Shown here: positions 25,590 to 38,599 of the stretch, piece after piece | Numbering within the stretch: position 1 is the first letter of the stretch | Layout of the letters: each line of letters begins with the position of its first letter | DNA from: Octopus vulgaris | Lineage: Eukaryota | Direction: 5' to 3' | Assembly: GCA_951406725.2 (NCBI GenBank) | Contig: OX597821.1 | Span: 54,808,001-54,872,000, forward strand | DNA length: 64,000 nucleotides | Notes under the pieces: model-generated | What the model was told of the DNA's origin: nothing | The model's input: the letters and a program-made list of their open reading frames with translations, nothing else | Database searches by the model: none | Position numbers and translations under genes: made by a program

Positions 25590-27160
25590 AAAAAATATTA
25601 ACCTTTTTACACAGCAAAGGATTAAATTCTACATCAACCTCAAAATCAAATCTATCCCTGATGACAATGCAGAGTTCTACAGAAAACTTAGATTAGCTGA
25701 ATCAAAAGCAAATTCTATCCTTAAAGAGGAAGAAATATAACTCTTAATGAATTTTGTGAACATACTTCAAACTTGCCTATAGAAAACTAGAAAACAAAGA
25801 AAAAAATAAAATCTAATTTTCATAAACAACAATGGATTCACCGAACAGATTTTCTATTTACCAAATATATAATTACTAAGGAAGTCAACAAAGAAGGCTC
25901 AATTGTTATTAAGGATATGAAATATCACGTGAATATTGTATTAAATATACTACAAGACAATACATACAATGAAGAAGCAAAATTTACAAACTTATAAAAA
26001 TTCTTTAATTATTTACTATATCCTTATGGAAATTACTTAACTGATAAAGAACTGGATTACCTTACAAACTTCAAATACTGAACAAGCAATTTCTATGTAT
26101 TATCTAATATATATAAAAGAACAAACTAATAAATGAGACATGTTAATAAGCAAAGACCAATCCACCACCATTGGATTTTAAATTGAAATCCATTGTAGCA
26201 GGCTTGTCTTGTGAAACACATTGCTTAAGTCACTTCCCAGACTTTCTCCTAAAGCCTTTCCCCAGGCACATAAAGAGCTTTGTACAAGATGATCTCAACA
26301 TATTCAGCCATCTTCTTTGTACATCATCATTGTCATCATCATCGTCGTTTAACGTCTACTTTCCATGCTGGCATGGGTTAGAAGCTTGATGTGGAGCTGG
26401 CTAGCTGAGAGCTGTTCAGACTCCAGCTGTCTCTTGGGCATAGTTTCTATGGCTGGATGCCCTTCCTAATACCAACCACTTAACAGAGTGTGCTGGGTAC
26501 TTTTTACATGCCACTGGCATGGGTGTGTTTATGCAGCACCAGCACATGTGCATTAATGCAGCACCAGCACATGTGCATTAATGCAGCACCAGCGCAGGTG
26601 CTTTTTAAGTGGCACCGGAACCAGAAAGGACAAGCCTGTATGTGTGGGAGACTGATTTTACTTAGCTTGGCACGTCTTGTCATGTACAATGAATGAACAT
26701 ACTTTTAGTGTAAAATTTGTATGCTGTGAAACTATATAGCAGCATTCCACATAATTATGGAACCATAACAATAAAATGCTAGCTCAACTCATTTTCTTAT
26801 GAAATATCAGATTGTAAAGACAAAAAATTTATTTTAGATAGACACCAGTTCATTTTAGAAAACAACTTCATTGTGTTCAACAACACAGCCTACTGGTAAA
26901 TGTCAGGCGTGACCATACAAACAAAGTTTCACGAACATATAATTATGGGATATCATGAACTGAAAATATATGAAAAATCCTTACAAATATTTGAAGATGA
27001 ATTCAGCTTCTATTTGAAAGCAAACTGGAAGAGATTTCTAGCTGAATGTTTCATTTTATGGAGAGAAACTATTGACAAGCTAAACCAATTTCAGAATCTC
27101 TTCAACGTAAACTCTCACATTCAGTTCACTACAGAGTTTCTTCTTTGGAATATCAACAAG
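25590..27160 (+). pseudogene. Penelope-like reverse transcriptase remnant, interrupted by a family D insertion (26322-26690)
   Basis: DFKLKSIVAGLSCETHCLSHFPDFLLKPF..IKSFVQDDLNIF, VKLYSSIPH, FILENNFIVFNN, WKRFLAECFILW (decayed RY.DD), NSHIQFTTE. Confidence 0.85.
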
Positions 27161-27289
27161 GGTTTCTAACACAGTTACTAGGCCTGAAATTTGATGGAAG
27201 GGCTTAATTGTTTACATCAACCCCAACAACCCAATACACTTCCTGTGCTTGCAATGCTTCATCAACCAAGAGGAGGTCAAAACTTCAGT

Positions 27290-27462
27290 GAAGAATTTCT
27301 TCACCTTGTATCAGTGTAGGATAAAAAAATTGGCAGAAAGGTGGCTTCAGCTGGTGCAACATAATGGTCTCTGTTTTGAATGCTAAGCTGCTTTTGTTGT
27401 AACTTGATGAATAAAGCAAATAAGTTTTAAAATATTGCAAACTTTTTGACTCAACACGATAA
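27290..27462 (+). mobile_element. Mariner transposase C-terminus and right end
   Basis: IKKLAERWLQLVQHNGLCFE (cf. GI.KL..RW..C+..NG.YFE) followed by a TIR-like ttgcaaactttttgactcaac. Confidence 0.55.
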
Positions 27463-28320
27463 TTAGCAATATATGTCCTTATCAAAAGGACACAAGCAAC
27501 ATAACATACACAAAATAACAGTTACATCCCTTGTATTAAGCGACATTTCAAATCAAATTCAATCTCATATGTTTCTTCCATTACATAGGCTAAAATTTCC
27601 TGTAAAGAATATACTTTAAACTTTTGAAAAGCTGGTAACTGCGTAAACCAGTTAGTAAAATGCAATTTCTTCTTTTCCCGTAAAGTTTTTTTGGTTAAAC
27701 CATGCACTTATAATATATAAAAAAAAATTTCTGATTACATGAAAACTTTTCATTAAAATGTGATTCTCAAAATTCACTTTGTAAAAACAGACACTAATAT
27801 TTTCACATTAAAACTTTATGTGTAAACATAATTTTGTATCCTTATTGTTGTACACACACACACATACACACATGAAGAAAACAAATTTTGCTTTTGAACA
27901 TAGGAGATAAATATTTCTAGTGTGTATGTGTGTGTGTGTGTGTGTACTTTTGTTTATAGCCATAGGCAGATGATTAGTAGTATTTTCATTGAATAATAAA
28001 TGGATTCCTAATTTCATATGTATGATCCAGCATGTTGATTGAAGCAACATTGTAACCAGTTATCAAAACATCATGAACAATTAATAAATATAATACTGCT
28101 TCTCTTATTCCTTTGATAATTTTATTTTATATCCTGCAATAGATGCACTATTCTTATAATTGGTGTATTTCCTGGATTTTCATTATGCATAAACATTTCT
28201 TCAGTTAGGTGGTTGATTCTTCCTCTCTGTACATCCTGTTAGCCAGAATTCTGCATAGAATACTGAGGTATTTGCTCAGATTTCCTGAATCCCTTTTGTC
28301 TGTTTATTCCATATATATGC

Positions 28321-28410
<90 letters not shown>

Positions 28411-30330
28411 TGAGAGAAATATGCATGTATGTGTTTGTGCGCACAAGTTTTCACCATCACATGATATTCAAATTTGAAAGTATACTTTTTGCTTACCATA
28501 CGTAATATCAGGAATTATGGCATACAAACAATGGTTATAATTTGATTTTTATAAAATTTATTGGTTCTTATACAAAATAAAAAATATTACCTTAAAATGA
28601 AATGAATTTCTCGCTTTTGTAATCTTTCCCATAGCTACTCAGTCATTTACTCCCTCACTTCCTCTGCCTCTATGGTTCTTTCTCTCTCACTCTCACTCTC
28701 ACTATGTGTTTGTAGTTTGTATGTATTCCTTTACTCATTGCCTGCCAGCAAACCTTGCATGTTCACTCTTCCTGAATACCTCTTTTACTTTCTTTCCTTT
28801 TCTCTCAATGTGATGTAAAGCAAAGCTGGAGAAAGCAAGTGAGCAAGCAACCAAATAACCATACATAGTGGCAACTATTATACAGAGATAGCTGCCCTTA
28901 GTGCTTAAAATGAAAATATATAACAGACTTATTTTACAAGACAATAGTAAGAACACTAACAATGCTTTAAGCTTAGAAGCAATAGAGAATTCTCTCTAAT
29001 ATCTATTCAGAAGATATAATAATGTCCTTATGAAATTTGATTCATGTTTCTTTATGAGAAATTTTATATAACATTTTATGTTGGAATATTTACATTAAAA
29101 GAAAAAACTTCTGTTTTAAACATTGTATGTTTAATATCAAATACAATACAGAATAAATATGCAGGAAAATTATTTCATTCAAATACAAAATCTTTTTGAA
29201 GTACATATAATTTTGTGTAATTTTGTATAGCTTTAGACATAACATTTTCTAATAAGAGAGGTTTGAAATATTAAAAACAACCTCCAGGGAGTTACAGAAG
29301 TGTTTTGTTTTTGTTTTTGTTTTTTGAAAATACTTTAATTACAATTAGATATTAAGTACAATTCAATATTTTATAAATAATTAGAAGCCATGCAGGTAAC
29401 AAAGCTTGTTCATTATGAAAAGTGAAATTTGCTTCTCAGGGAAGTTGTCGAGTTGTCAACATTTAACCAGTTGAAAGTCAACCATTTTAAATATTGGAAG
29501 AATATTAAATTAAAACAGTTTGCTAATATTTTTAAAGAGCTCTTATAATTATGCCAGCAATTATAGTTTTTGCCTTGCTGTTATAATGACATTGAGAAAT
29601 GGAGTAAATATTTGATATTTAGAGCTATTAACAGCTATTTTACAGCAATTTTGTCTCCAAATTATTCCAATGGAAAGGAATATGAGCTACACAATGGATG
29701 TTTGCAATTTCTGTTATAAAATGTTGTTTTAATGTTTTGATCCATGTTAGAATAGTTGTGAAAAATTTGTTTGAAGCAACTTTTTATGTGGCCCTTCTTA
29801 ATTTATATATTTACATTTTCATGTAGAATTGATTAGAAATATTATCACTGAATGCTTAACATCTTATTCTATCAGACAGAATATCTCTCAAAGATTATAG
29901 CGCTTTGGTTCATTGCTCCTTACTAGAATGTTCTTCTCAGAACATGACTGGAGCTGAGGTCATTGGTGTTATATCCTTATTGGCCCTTAATGCACATGCA
30001 GCAACAAGATTGATCATGCAGGAGTCTCATCTATAGTATCTTGTTTGAAAGAAAAGCTGGGAGACTCCAGTATCTGTTGAACACAGTACATAATTGATAC
30101 TTTATTTTATCAATCTCAGAAAGACAAGCTGCAGTTAATGCATAGATTTAGACTGAGAACATAGATGGAATAAATATCACAGCAGTTTTGTTTGGTGCTC
30201 TACTGATTCTAATAATCAACTGTCTGTTTGTTAACATGTCAATAAACAGTAGATCCACAAATCAAGTGTTCACAATTCTTGTATTCTAAGGAAACTTAGA
30301 TGTGGCATATTGCATTATTTTAGTCAATAG

Positions 30331-30523
30331 GACAACTTCCCTGAGAAGCAAATTTCACTTTTCATAATGAACAAGCTTTGTTACCTGCATGGCTTCTAAT
30401 TATTTATAAAATATTGAATTGTACTTAATATCTTCCAACTGTTAAACATGGAGGAGGATCTGTAATGATCGGGGTGGGGGGACTATATCATGGAAATCCG
30501 CTGGCCCAATGGTTTCCCTTCAT
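30331..30523. repeat. Composite inverted templated insertion
   Basis: 30331-30433 is the reverse complement of 29347-29449 and 30431-30523 of 31317-31409, overlapping by a 3-bp microhomology (tct). Confidence 0.92.
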
Positions 30524-30863
30524 AGGAAAGATAAGTTTTAACTTGATCACTCAACCTGCCATAAATAAATAGCAGCTAAATCATACTTTAAAAGATAATT
30601 GAAAAACACATTGGATGATATACTCTAGATACAGTAAGCCTTAAAAACAGGAATGGTGATAATCAGAATACCTTTAATCATACACCTACTCAATCAGTGT
30701 TTACCTCAAGTTTTACATCAATAATAACAATACATTTGCTACATTAAAGAACCTACCAACATCAACAAGAACTGTGCTATTTAAGCAGAAAGTAAGCCTG
30801 GAGAAATCTTTCATTTCATTTTAAATTTCTTAATCTGTAAATATCTTTTTCATTAACTATCTA

Positions 30864-32128
30864 CAAGGGTTGGACAAAATAATGGAAACACCTTAAAATT
30901 TTAAACAAATTTATTTAAATATAGGGTAGGACCACCTTTGGCAGTAAGTACAGCTTGAATTCTATGAGGTATGGACTCGTACACAGTTTGAATTATTTCC
31001 AAAGGAATTTTTGTCCATTCTTCAGCTAAAACAGTCTCCATTTTTTTTAGTAATGATGGTGGGTGATATCAACACCTTGTTTTTCTAAAATGCACCATAA
31101 ATGTTCAATAATATTGAGATCTGGGGACTGTGGTGGCCAGATAAGATGATCAACTTCACTAGAATGTTCCTCGTGCCATTCAGTAATAACTTTAGCTGTG
31201 TGAATTGGTGCATTATCATCCTGAAAGATTGCATTTTCCTGTAGAAACAGTTCCACAATCATAGGATGAATTTGAGCAGATAAAATACTTAAATAGTTTT
31301 GACTATTAAATTTGCCATGAAGGGAAACCATTGGGCCAGCGGATTTCCATGATATAGTCCCCCCACCCCGATCATTACAGATCCTCCTCCATGTTTAACA
31401 GTTGGAAGAAGGTAGTCTGGGTCAAATGCTTCTTTTGGCTGTCTCCATATGTATACTCAGCTGGTGGTCAGAAATTGGGTAAAGGAAGACTTGTTCAAGA
31501 AAATAACATTCTTCCAGTGCTCTAGGAACCAATTCTGTAGGTTTTTACTCCACTCTAATCACTTTGTAATGTTTGTTTTTGAAAGTAGTGGTTTTCTGAT
31601 TGCAGTCCTCCCATGAAATCTGGCTTTGTACAGCTCTCAGCAAACAGATTTTGTGGAAGCTGAGTTCTCAAGGTGGTCATTATGCTCTGCAATAATTTTG
31701 GGAGCTGTACTTTTGTGATCCTTTCTAACAATTAGTGTAAGTGTCCAACGGTCCCTATCTGAAAGTTTTGGTTTTCTTCCAGAGCTTTGTTTTGACAAGG
31801 AGGTTTTTCCTTCTTTCTCAAAGGCTGTCATTATTTTCGAGACAGTACTTCTTGATACACCAAACATTTCAGCTGTTTTCATTACGCTAGCACCTCCCAT
31901 ACTAGCATCAACAATTTGACCGCTTTGAAAGTCCTATAGATCTGTCATTTTAATGAATTTTAATTATCTTTTCTGATGATATCAGAAAAGAAACAGCAAT
32001 TTTAGCAAAACATATTAAGCAACACTAATAATAAATCAAAAGACATAAAAATAAACACGGTTTTGACGGTTTTATAGATATTTCACAATTATGATGCTAA
32101 GTGTTTCTCTTATTTTGTCTAACCCCTG
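30864..32128 (-). mobile_element. Full-length decayed Tc1-family transposon (~1.26 kb) with TA TSD
   Basis: TIRs caagggttggacaaaataatggaaacac / gtgtttctcttattttgtctaacccctg; TA at 30862-30863 and 32129-32130. Confidence 0.92.
30960..31948 (-). pseudogene. Tc1 DD34E transposase with stops and frameshifts
   Basis: MTDL*DFQSGQIV...GVSRSTVSKI...SGRKPKLSDRD; KHGGGSVM; FQDDNAPIH; WPPQSPDLNIIEHLW. Confidence 0.92.
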
Positions 32129-33439
32129 TATACATTCACATAGTCTGAAGACATGGTAGATAGCAGTAATAAAATTCTTCACTGAGGAGATCTAATTAGA
32201 CTGAAATATCTTCAGAACTAATAGTGTACTCATCAAGCACCAGGCCACTTTTCACTGCATGTCACTATTTAATTAGTAATTAATTTAGTTTTACAAGTGA
32301 TCTCACATGTCTTTTTTTGACAAGCTTTATCGTTAACACTAATGATGTATTTGTTAGCATTAAAGGTATAATTTGAATTGATTAGAACATTTTATATTCA
32401 GCTCATTAATTCAGTATGGCATATGGTAGTTAACTATTCACCCCAACATTGACTAAATATAATAATAAACTAACTAGAAATTTACCCATTTCATCCTTTT
32501 ACTGATTCTAAACTGACCAGGTAATTCAATGTTCAAATTGAAAGGAATTAACTGAGGTTAGACACAGATTAATACAATTAAATTTTAGAGAATGTCCAAA
32601 AAGAGTATTTATCAATCTATTTATCTATCTGCATTTGCACATGTGCACGCATGCACACACACACACACACTATTATCTTCATTTTTACGTTAACTTTACT
32701 ATGCTTGTATGACCTGGAAGAGCCCTTTGCAGCACAGCATCTCATCATTTATTGCATTCATTTGTGATCTCCTTAATCAAATTCAACATCTCGACATCAG
32801 CTTTTACCACTTGTGCCCATGTCTTCCTTCATAATCTTCCTCTTTCACAGAATCCTAGTGCTTCTTTCTTCAAGTTATCCTCCATATGCATTAGATGTTA
32901 ATGACAGCACAGCTTTGTCTTTTGCACACTACATTTGATTTCTGTTGTATTCACTTTTCTCTCAGCTAATCTGTACCATGTTACTCATGTATACATTACA
33001 CATATATCCTTACTATGGAACATCATATAAGCAATGTACAATCTATGCATTTTACTAATCCACTAACCTCGACTGGTACTTTACTTATTGACCCTAAAAT
33101 GTTTAAAAGCATAGTTGACTTCAGTAGGGTTTGAATTCAGAGCACATAGAACTGAACCAAATACCATCAAGCAATTCTGTCTATTCATATCTATATTTCA
33201 CTTTAAATAATTTACATACTTGTTGACTACAAACTAAGTCTGTGGCTAATGCAAAGTTCTAGCCAGACTGAGGGTGACAAGGTTTTGGAACAAGGAGGTA
33301 GACTGTACTATAAAAAAAGGGAAAGGCCTGGACAGACTGAGAAAATAGTGGTAGCAGAGAATTATATTGGATAATCAGAAGGGAAGCTTGGTAACATGTT
33401 TACACAGCAAAGAGAGAAGCATAAAATAGATTTGCCAAT

Positions 33440-33800
33440 GTTTTACAGCATGAGGTGTTCTGAATTGCAGAGTAATGTATCAAGTAAGGTTCACTGGATG
33501 CTGGATGTGCAACATCAATGTGTGTGTATGACAAAGTGCAAATGTGTTGAGAGAAATATCAGGCATAAGAAGAATCAGGTGTAACATACAAGAGAGGACC
33601 ACAATGGTTTGATGATGTGATGCATATGAACAAAGAAGAGTCAATTGCTGAAAATGAATGAAACCTATGGAAGAGGCAGACCCAGGAAGAGATAAGATGA
33701 AATAGTGAGGATTAAACTCAAGATATTGAGCCCCACAGAGATGACAATAGACTCAAATGTCTGGTGATATGATGTTCTTGAGAAGACCCACTCACCTCAG
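33440..33800 (+). mobile_element. RTE-clade LINE 3' remnant (a similar piece on minus at ~32760-33050)
   Basis: Homologous to 58250-58610; gaagaggcagacccaggaaga (GRGRPRK-like). Confidence 0.6.
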
Positions 33801-36800
33801 CAAAATTGATTTCTGGAAGTCCTGTTTATGATATGTTCTTTTCCGATATGTTACATTAATTCACCACCCACCAATAAACCAAACTACATGCAATAAGGTG
33901 TCCCTTCCTCACCCTTACTCTTGCTGCCCAACACAATTTTGTCATCTCTCTCTTTCCTGCCATCAGCCTACCAACTGTATCATTGCTATCCTGCTACTCC
34001 TTGATATACCTGTGTTCACCACTCAATGCTTTCCTTTCTTCTCCCATCTCTCACACTCTCCTTTTCCACTCTCATAAACTTCATGCCTACTCACACTGTC
34101 CAGTCCTCTCTAACACTCCACTTACATTCACTTCCTTGTACCTTGAGTGTATGTCCTGGTACATCTTCACTACTATCTTCTCTACCTCCCCCTCTAAATG
34201 TGGTAACCAAATATATCTTCTACAGCAAGACACCTGTTTCTGTCCCTCTATCATTGTTTAGCTTCTCATCACCTGGCACAAAACCACCTCCCACAATGCA
34301 ACTCCCCATCTCAGTTGAGGAGTTTTTGACATGAAGCACACTTGGTGACCTCATTGGTGCTGGTGCCATGAAAAAAGCACCCAGTACACCTGTTAAGGTG
34401 GTTGTCATTAAGAATAGCATCCAACTGTAGAAATCATGCCAAATCTGATATTAGAGCTTAGTTCAGTTCTCTGGATTAACAGTTCCTATCAAACTGATCA
34501 GCCTGTGCCAGCATGGGAATCAGATGTTAAATGATGATGATGAGGATAATGATGTAGCAAAGGAAAGCAATTTGTGAGTCCCTGTGTAATCATTCAAATT
34601 GTTAAAAATAACAGACAAATGTCTCTCAAATTGCACCCTTAGATAAAGAAAGAAGTATCAGATAATATAGCCTTTCATAGTCCTAAGGAGATGAGATGGT
34701 TGTGGGCCTGTTTGATCAGGAATGACCTGGAATTTAGCAACATTACATCACAGTATAGCATGATACACATCAAGTCTCAGAAATACAGCAAGATAGGACA
34801 GTCATGAATGGATTGCCTTTGACTCTATGTTTTATATATATTATTATAACATGAGCAGTATGTTTAACTACTTTTGATTTTTGATAATTCCACTGTAATG
34901 ATTTCTGGCATTGACATGGGCACACAGATTTACAAAAAATTAATGTAATTAACTTTGAGTATTTGGGACACAGTAGCAAAGTTGTAAAAGTAAGAAAAAT
35001 TGAATTTATTCTTATACAGCTGCTATGATTTGTTTAGACAATAGTCAGAGTATCTGAGCTTTTGATGCAATTTTTCTCTTGGAAAATAGAAGTAACTTCT
35101 TCCTGCTATATACATCACTGATAATGGTTCTGTATTTTCCTTCATAGTTTATTTATAGAAAGAGAATTATTTTAAAACTTATTGCTCTGACAATATTTAA
35201 ATAATTAACTTTGATAAAACTATTTTAAAAACTGAGCCAGTAAAGGAGCCTCAATGCATTTGCCTAACCTGACAGAAATAGTAACAAAAGGTGACACACA
35301 ATTACCTTAAAATATTCTACATTTGATGACATAGACCAAGGTATTTTATGCCTTAAAACTAAAAGACAGAATGACTGTAACTTTGATCAATGATCAATCA
35401 GAGCTAATTTGAGGTTAAACAACACCAGCCTTGTCAATGAAAACATGATAAATGGATTTAAAGTTGTAATAACAATGGTGCTTTAACATGGCTATAGCTC
35501 AATGATAGAAACTGTAGTAAAAGAATATACTTTATGTCTGTGTGACTAAATGTAAGAAAATTATGTACTTGTTGTTTATATGAGGAATACAATATATCAT
35601 ATTTAACCAATACCTTGGGGTCTTTTACAGAACTGAGGGATGAAGGGTTGGAGTAAATTTAGATGAATCAACATTATATTGCAACAATATATGAAAGGAC
35701 AAAAAATTACAAATTATAGGTAGCCTCTTAGACAAGAAACATGACTATTGTTGTCCAGCATCTAAATCTAAAATCATGTCTATATTAATATATATTATGT
35801 AAAATTCTATTAAAATATTAGATGTGTCATAATATTCCAGTTTACTATAATTTTAGAAAACCAAAATAAATGTTAAAAGATAAAAAAGAAACAGTAACAA
35901 GACCAAAAGTTGCCATATTGCACATTAATATTTTAAGTTTGTGCATAATCAAAAGCATTCATCATTATATTTTAATTAAAATTGGTTTATATTCACATAT
36001 TTGCCATTCATGGTCATTCATAAAATCTAAGTTATTCATTCTTGTTCATTAATATTTCATAAATAGCTATTTTTATTCATACTCTCACAAATAAATCAAA
36101 AATTTTATTTCATGGAAATGATGTTTTTTGAGAACTGTTTTGTACATAAAATTTCACAAGAATATTTTATTAAAATTAATAGTGCTAACCATGTTTTCAA
36201 ATTTGGCTAATTGGAATGAACATGAAGAAGTACATGTACAATCATGACAAAATGATATAATCAAAAACAAAACTAATATTCTATACCAGTAACTAACATT
36301 CTCAGAATAATTTTATTACAACTACTACAAAACAATCCAAACTTATCTACCAAATGCTATCATTCCTTGTCTTTATCACCCACTTATTTGTTTGCATGCA
36401 TCTGTGTCGTTATCATCATTCATCATTCATGTTCCATGCTGGTATGGGTTGGACAGTTTAACAAGATCCAATGGGTTCAAGAACTGCATTGTGTTTTAAT
36501 GCCTACTTTGGCATGGTTACTACGGCTAGATAACTTTCCTAATGCCCCTTTACAGTGTCTACTGGATGCCTTTTATCATGCCACCAGCACTAATGAAGGT
36601 ACCATCCAGCTGGCATGAATATGAATCCTGAGAGAAGTGGCTTTATGTGGGAGATGAGGGGTTAAATTATGAGAGAAGAGGCCAGATCAGAACAGATTTC
36701 TTGGAGTAGAAGAGCTTCATAGTTGTTCTCATTGCATGGGAGGATGATTGAGATGGAACTGGCAAGAGAATAAAATAGTGGCTTTGAGATGTGTATGTGT

Positions 36801-36802
36801 GC

Positions 36803-36837
<35 letters not shown>

Positions 36838-36942
36838 GAAATCAAAACATATAGTAATAAACAAACAGAAAACAGACACAGAAGGTCACCAACTCCTCAT
36901 CAGTTATTGGCCAGGATGTCGAACACAATTTCATGCCATTAT

Positions 36943-36985
<43 letters not shown>

Positions 36986-36989
36986 CAGG

Positions 36990-38440
36990 GTGATTCAGGA
37001 GTTTTACTAGGATTAAAATGATATTCAGAATTAAAACCCCGGAGGCTCTTGAATTGCCTTTTATGTAAGGATGGATCTTCCTGTCAAGAATGACTTTTGA
37101 GCACTCAAAAACAAAAGCATCTGATAAAAGCTAAATTAAAGTAGGACTGATAAAAAGTTGATAAAATTGGTGGAAATTGCATAAAATCAAAAAAATTCAA
37201 TCAAGTTAAATGATGGTGGCTGACAAGCACCTCTTGTGAAGTGGGATCTCACATTTTGAGTTGTGAGTGATGTCTTTGATACAAAAGGGGGTAGTTCCTC
37301 TGCTTTAACAGGAGGATCACCCCTCCCTCCTGCAGCTTTAGAGTTCTTTGGTGAGCAACCATTGTTGCCCACCTTCTTCCTTTTATTCCCCTTTTTTCGG
37401 GGAGGTCTCTGCCTCCTCAACTACCTCCAACTCTCCCTCAGGAGGAGGAGGGAGGTTCCACAACCAACAGTTCCAGGACTCTACTTTGGTCCTTGAGACA
37501 GTTCTTTTTAATGTGGCCTGGTTCCAGGCACAGGTGACACTTGGGAGTGGGCATCCCTCAAGTATCACTGGGTCCTTCCAACCGGCCATTTTCAAAAGAT
37601 CTGGAAAAACCAGATTCTTGGCTGATTGAGTCCACAGGGTCAAAACAGCTTTGACCCAACCCAATCAGCCACCGGCAAAATTTTGACATTAAGCAGCTTG
37701 GGTCTGCTGCCACCCAGACCCTGGTGGATAGTGTCCTCTATCCACTTGAGTTCTATCCCAGCTGGAAAACAGCAGACCCTAGCTCTTGTCAACTTCTTCC
37801 CACCATACGTGGGAAGAAACAAAATCTCTTTGCCCTCTAAGGGCTGGCTTGCAAATTTGTGAGCCTCCTCAGGGTGTCAAATAGCAACCCCACCATTGCA
37901 TATTTGATCCTGCTGATAAATTTAATAGTTGGCAAATACTCTGCCAACTCTTTTTCAGTTTGAATCTTTTTAAAGAGGGCAATGGTGTTGAGTGACTTTG
38001 AGTATGTCCTTAACACCACTGTCTTCTCTTCAAAGTCTTTCATTCACTTCTTTGGTGGGACAATCTCCCACTCTAATGTAGTGTTGTTTATCTTTCTTGC
38101 CATGATTTTTGGGAAAAAAGTTCACAGAGTTCAAAAAACAAAATGCAAGAAGGAAGGAAAAAGACAAGAAACAGTTCAAAACACAGCAAACTATTCTGGC
38201 TGTCCTGATACTCCTGGCCAGCTTGGTAATCCTCTTGGTAATCCAGGGCACAAAACAGTCACACAACAATTTCACCAAAAAATGGTAAAAAAAAGAAGCA
38301 CAATTATAGGAGGAGGGATACGCCCCCCAAAAAAACACACTTCTCACCACAAAGTGAGACTTTGAACACAACCACAGGCAGACAATTTGCCAGGACTCAG
38401 TGGAGATTTCTTGTTCGATAGAATAAATAAACATGAGCAA
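36990..38440 (-). mobile_element. Second Tx1/L1-type element: 5'UTR plus frameshifted ORF1, abutting (TA)n
   Basis: Pieces MKDFEEKTVVLR...; LFLPTYGGKKLTRARVCCFPAGIELKWIEDTIHQGL; VILEG/KCHLCLEPGHIKKNC (CCHC, ~37498-37545); Lys-rich KKGNKRKK. Homologous to ORF 1044-1811. Confidence 0.8.
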
Positions 38441-38599
38441 CAAACCCCCACTGAATCCAAAAAAACAAAAAACAAAACAAATGTCTTACCTTGCAGTTGT
38501 GCTTCACTTGTTCATTAATTCACGATGTTGGTGTCGTGACTCCTAGCAGTGCAAAGAAAACACTGACCAATGCATGCACAGGGAAGCAAGCTATTCATG

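Noticed and set aside
32178-32215. CUGAGGA-gaucu-aauu-agacu-GAAAU-AUC
   Set aside because: Core order is right but helix I does not pair and helix II closure is broken; too weak to call.
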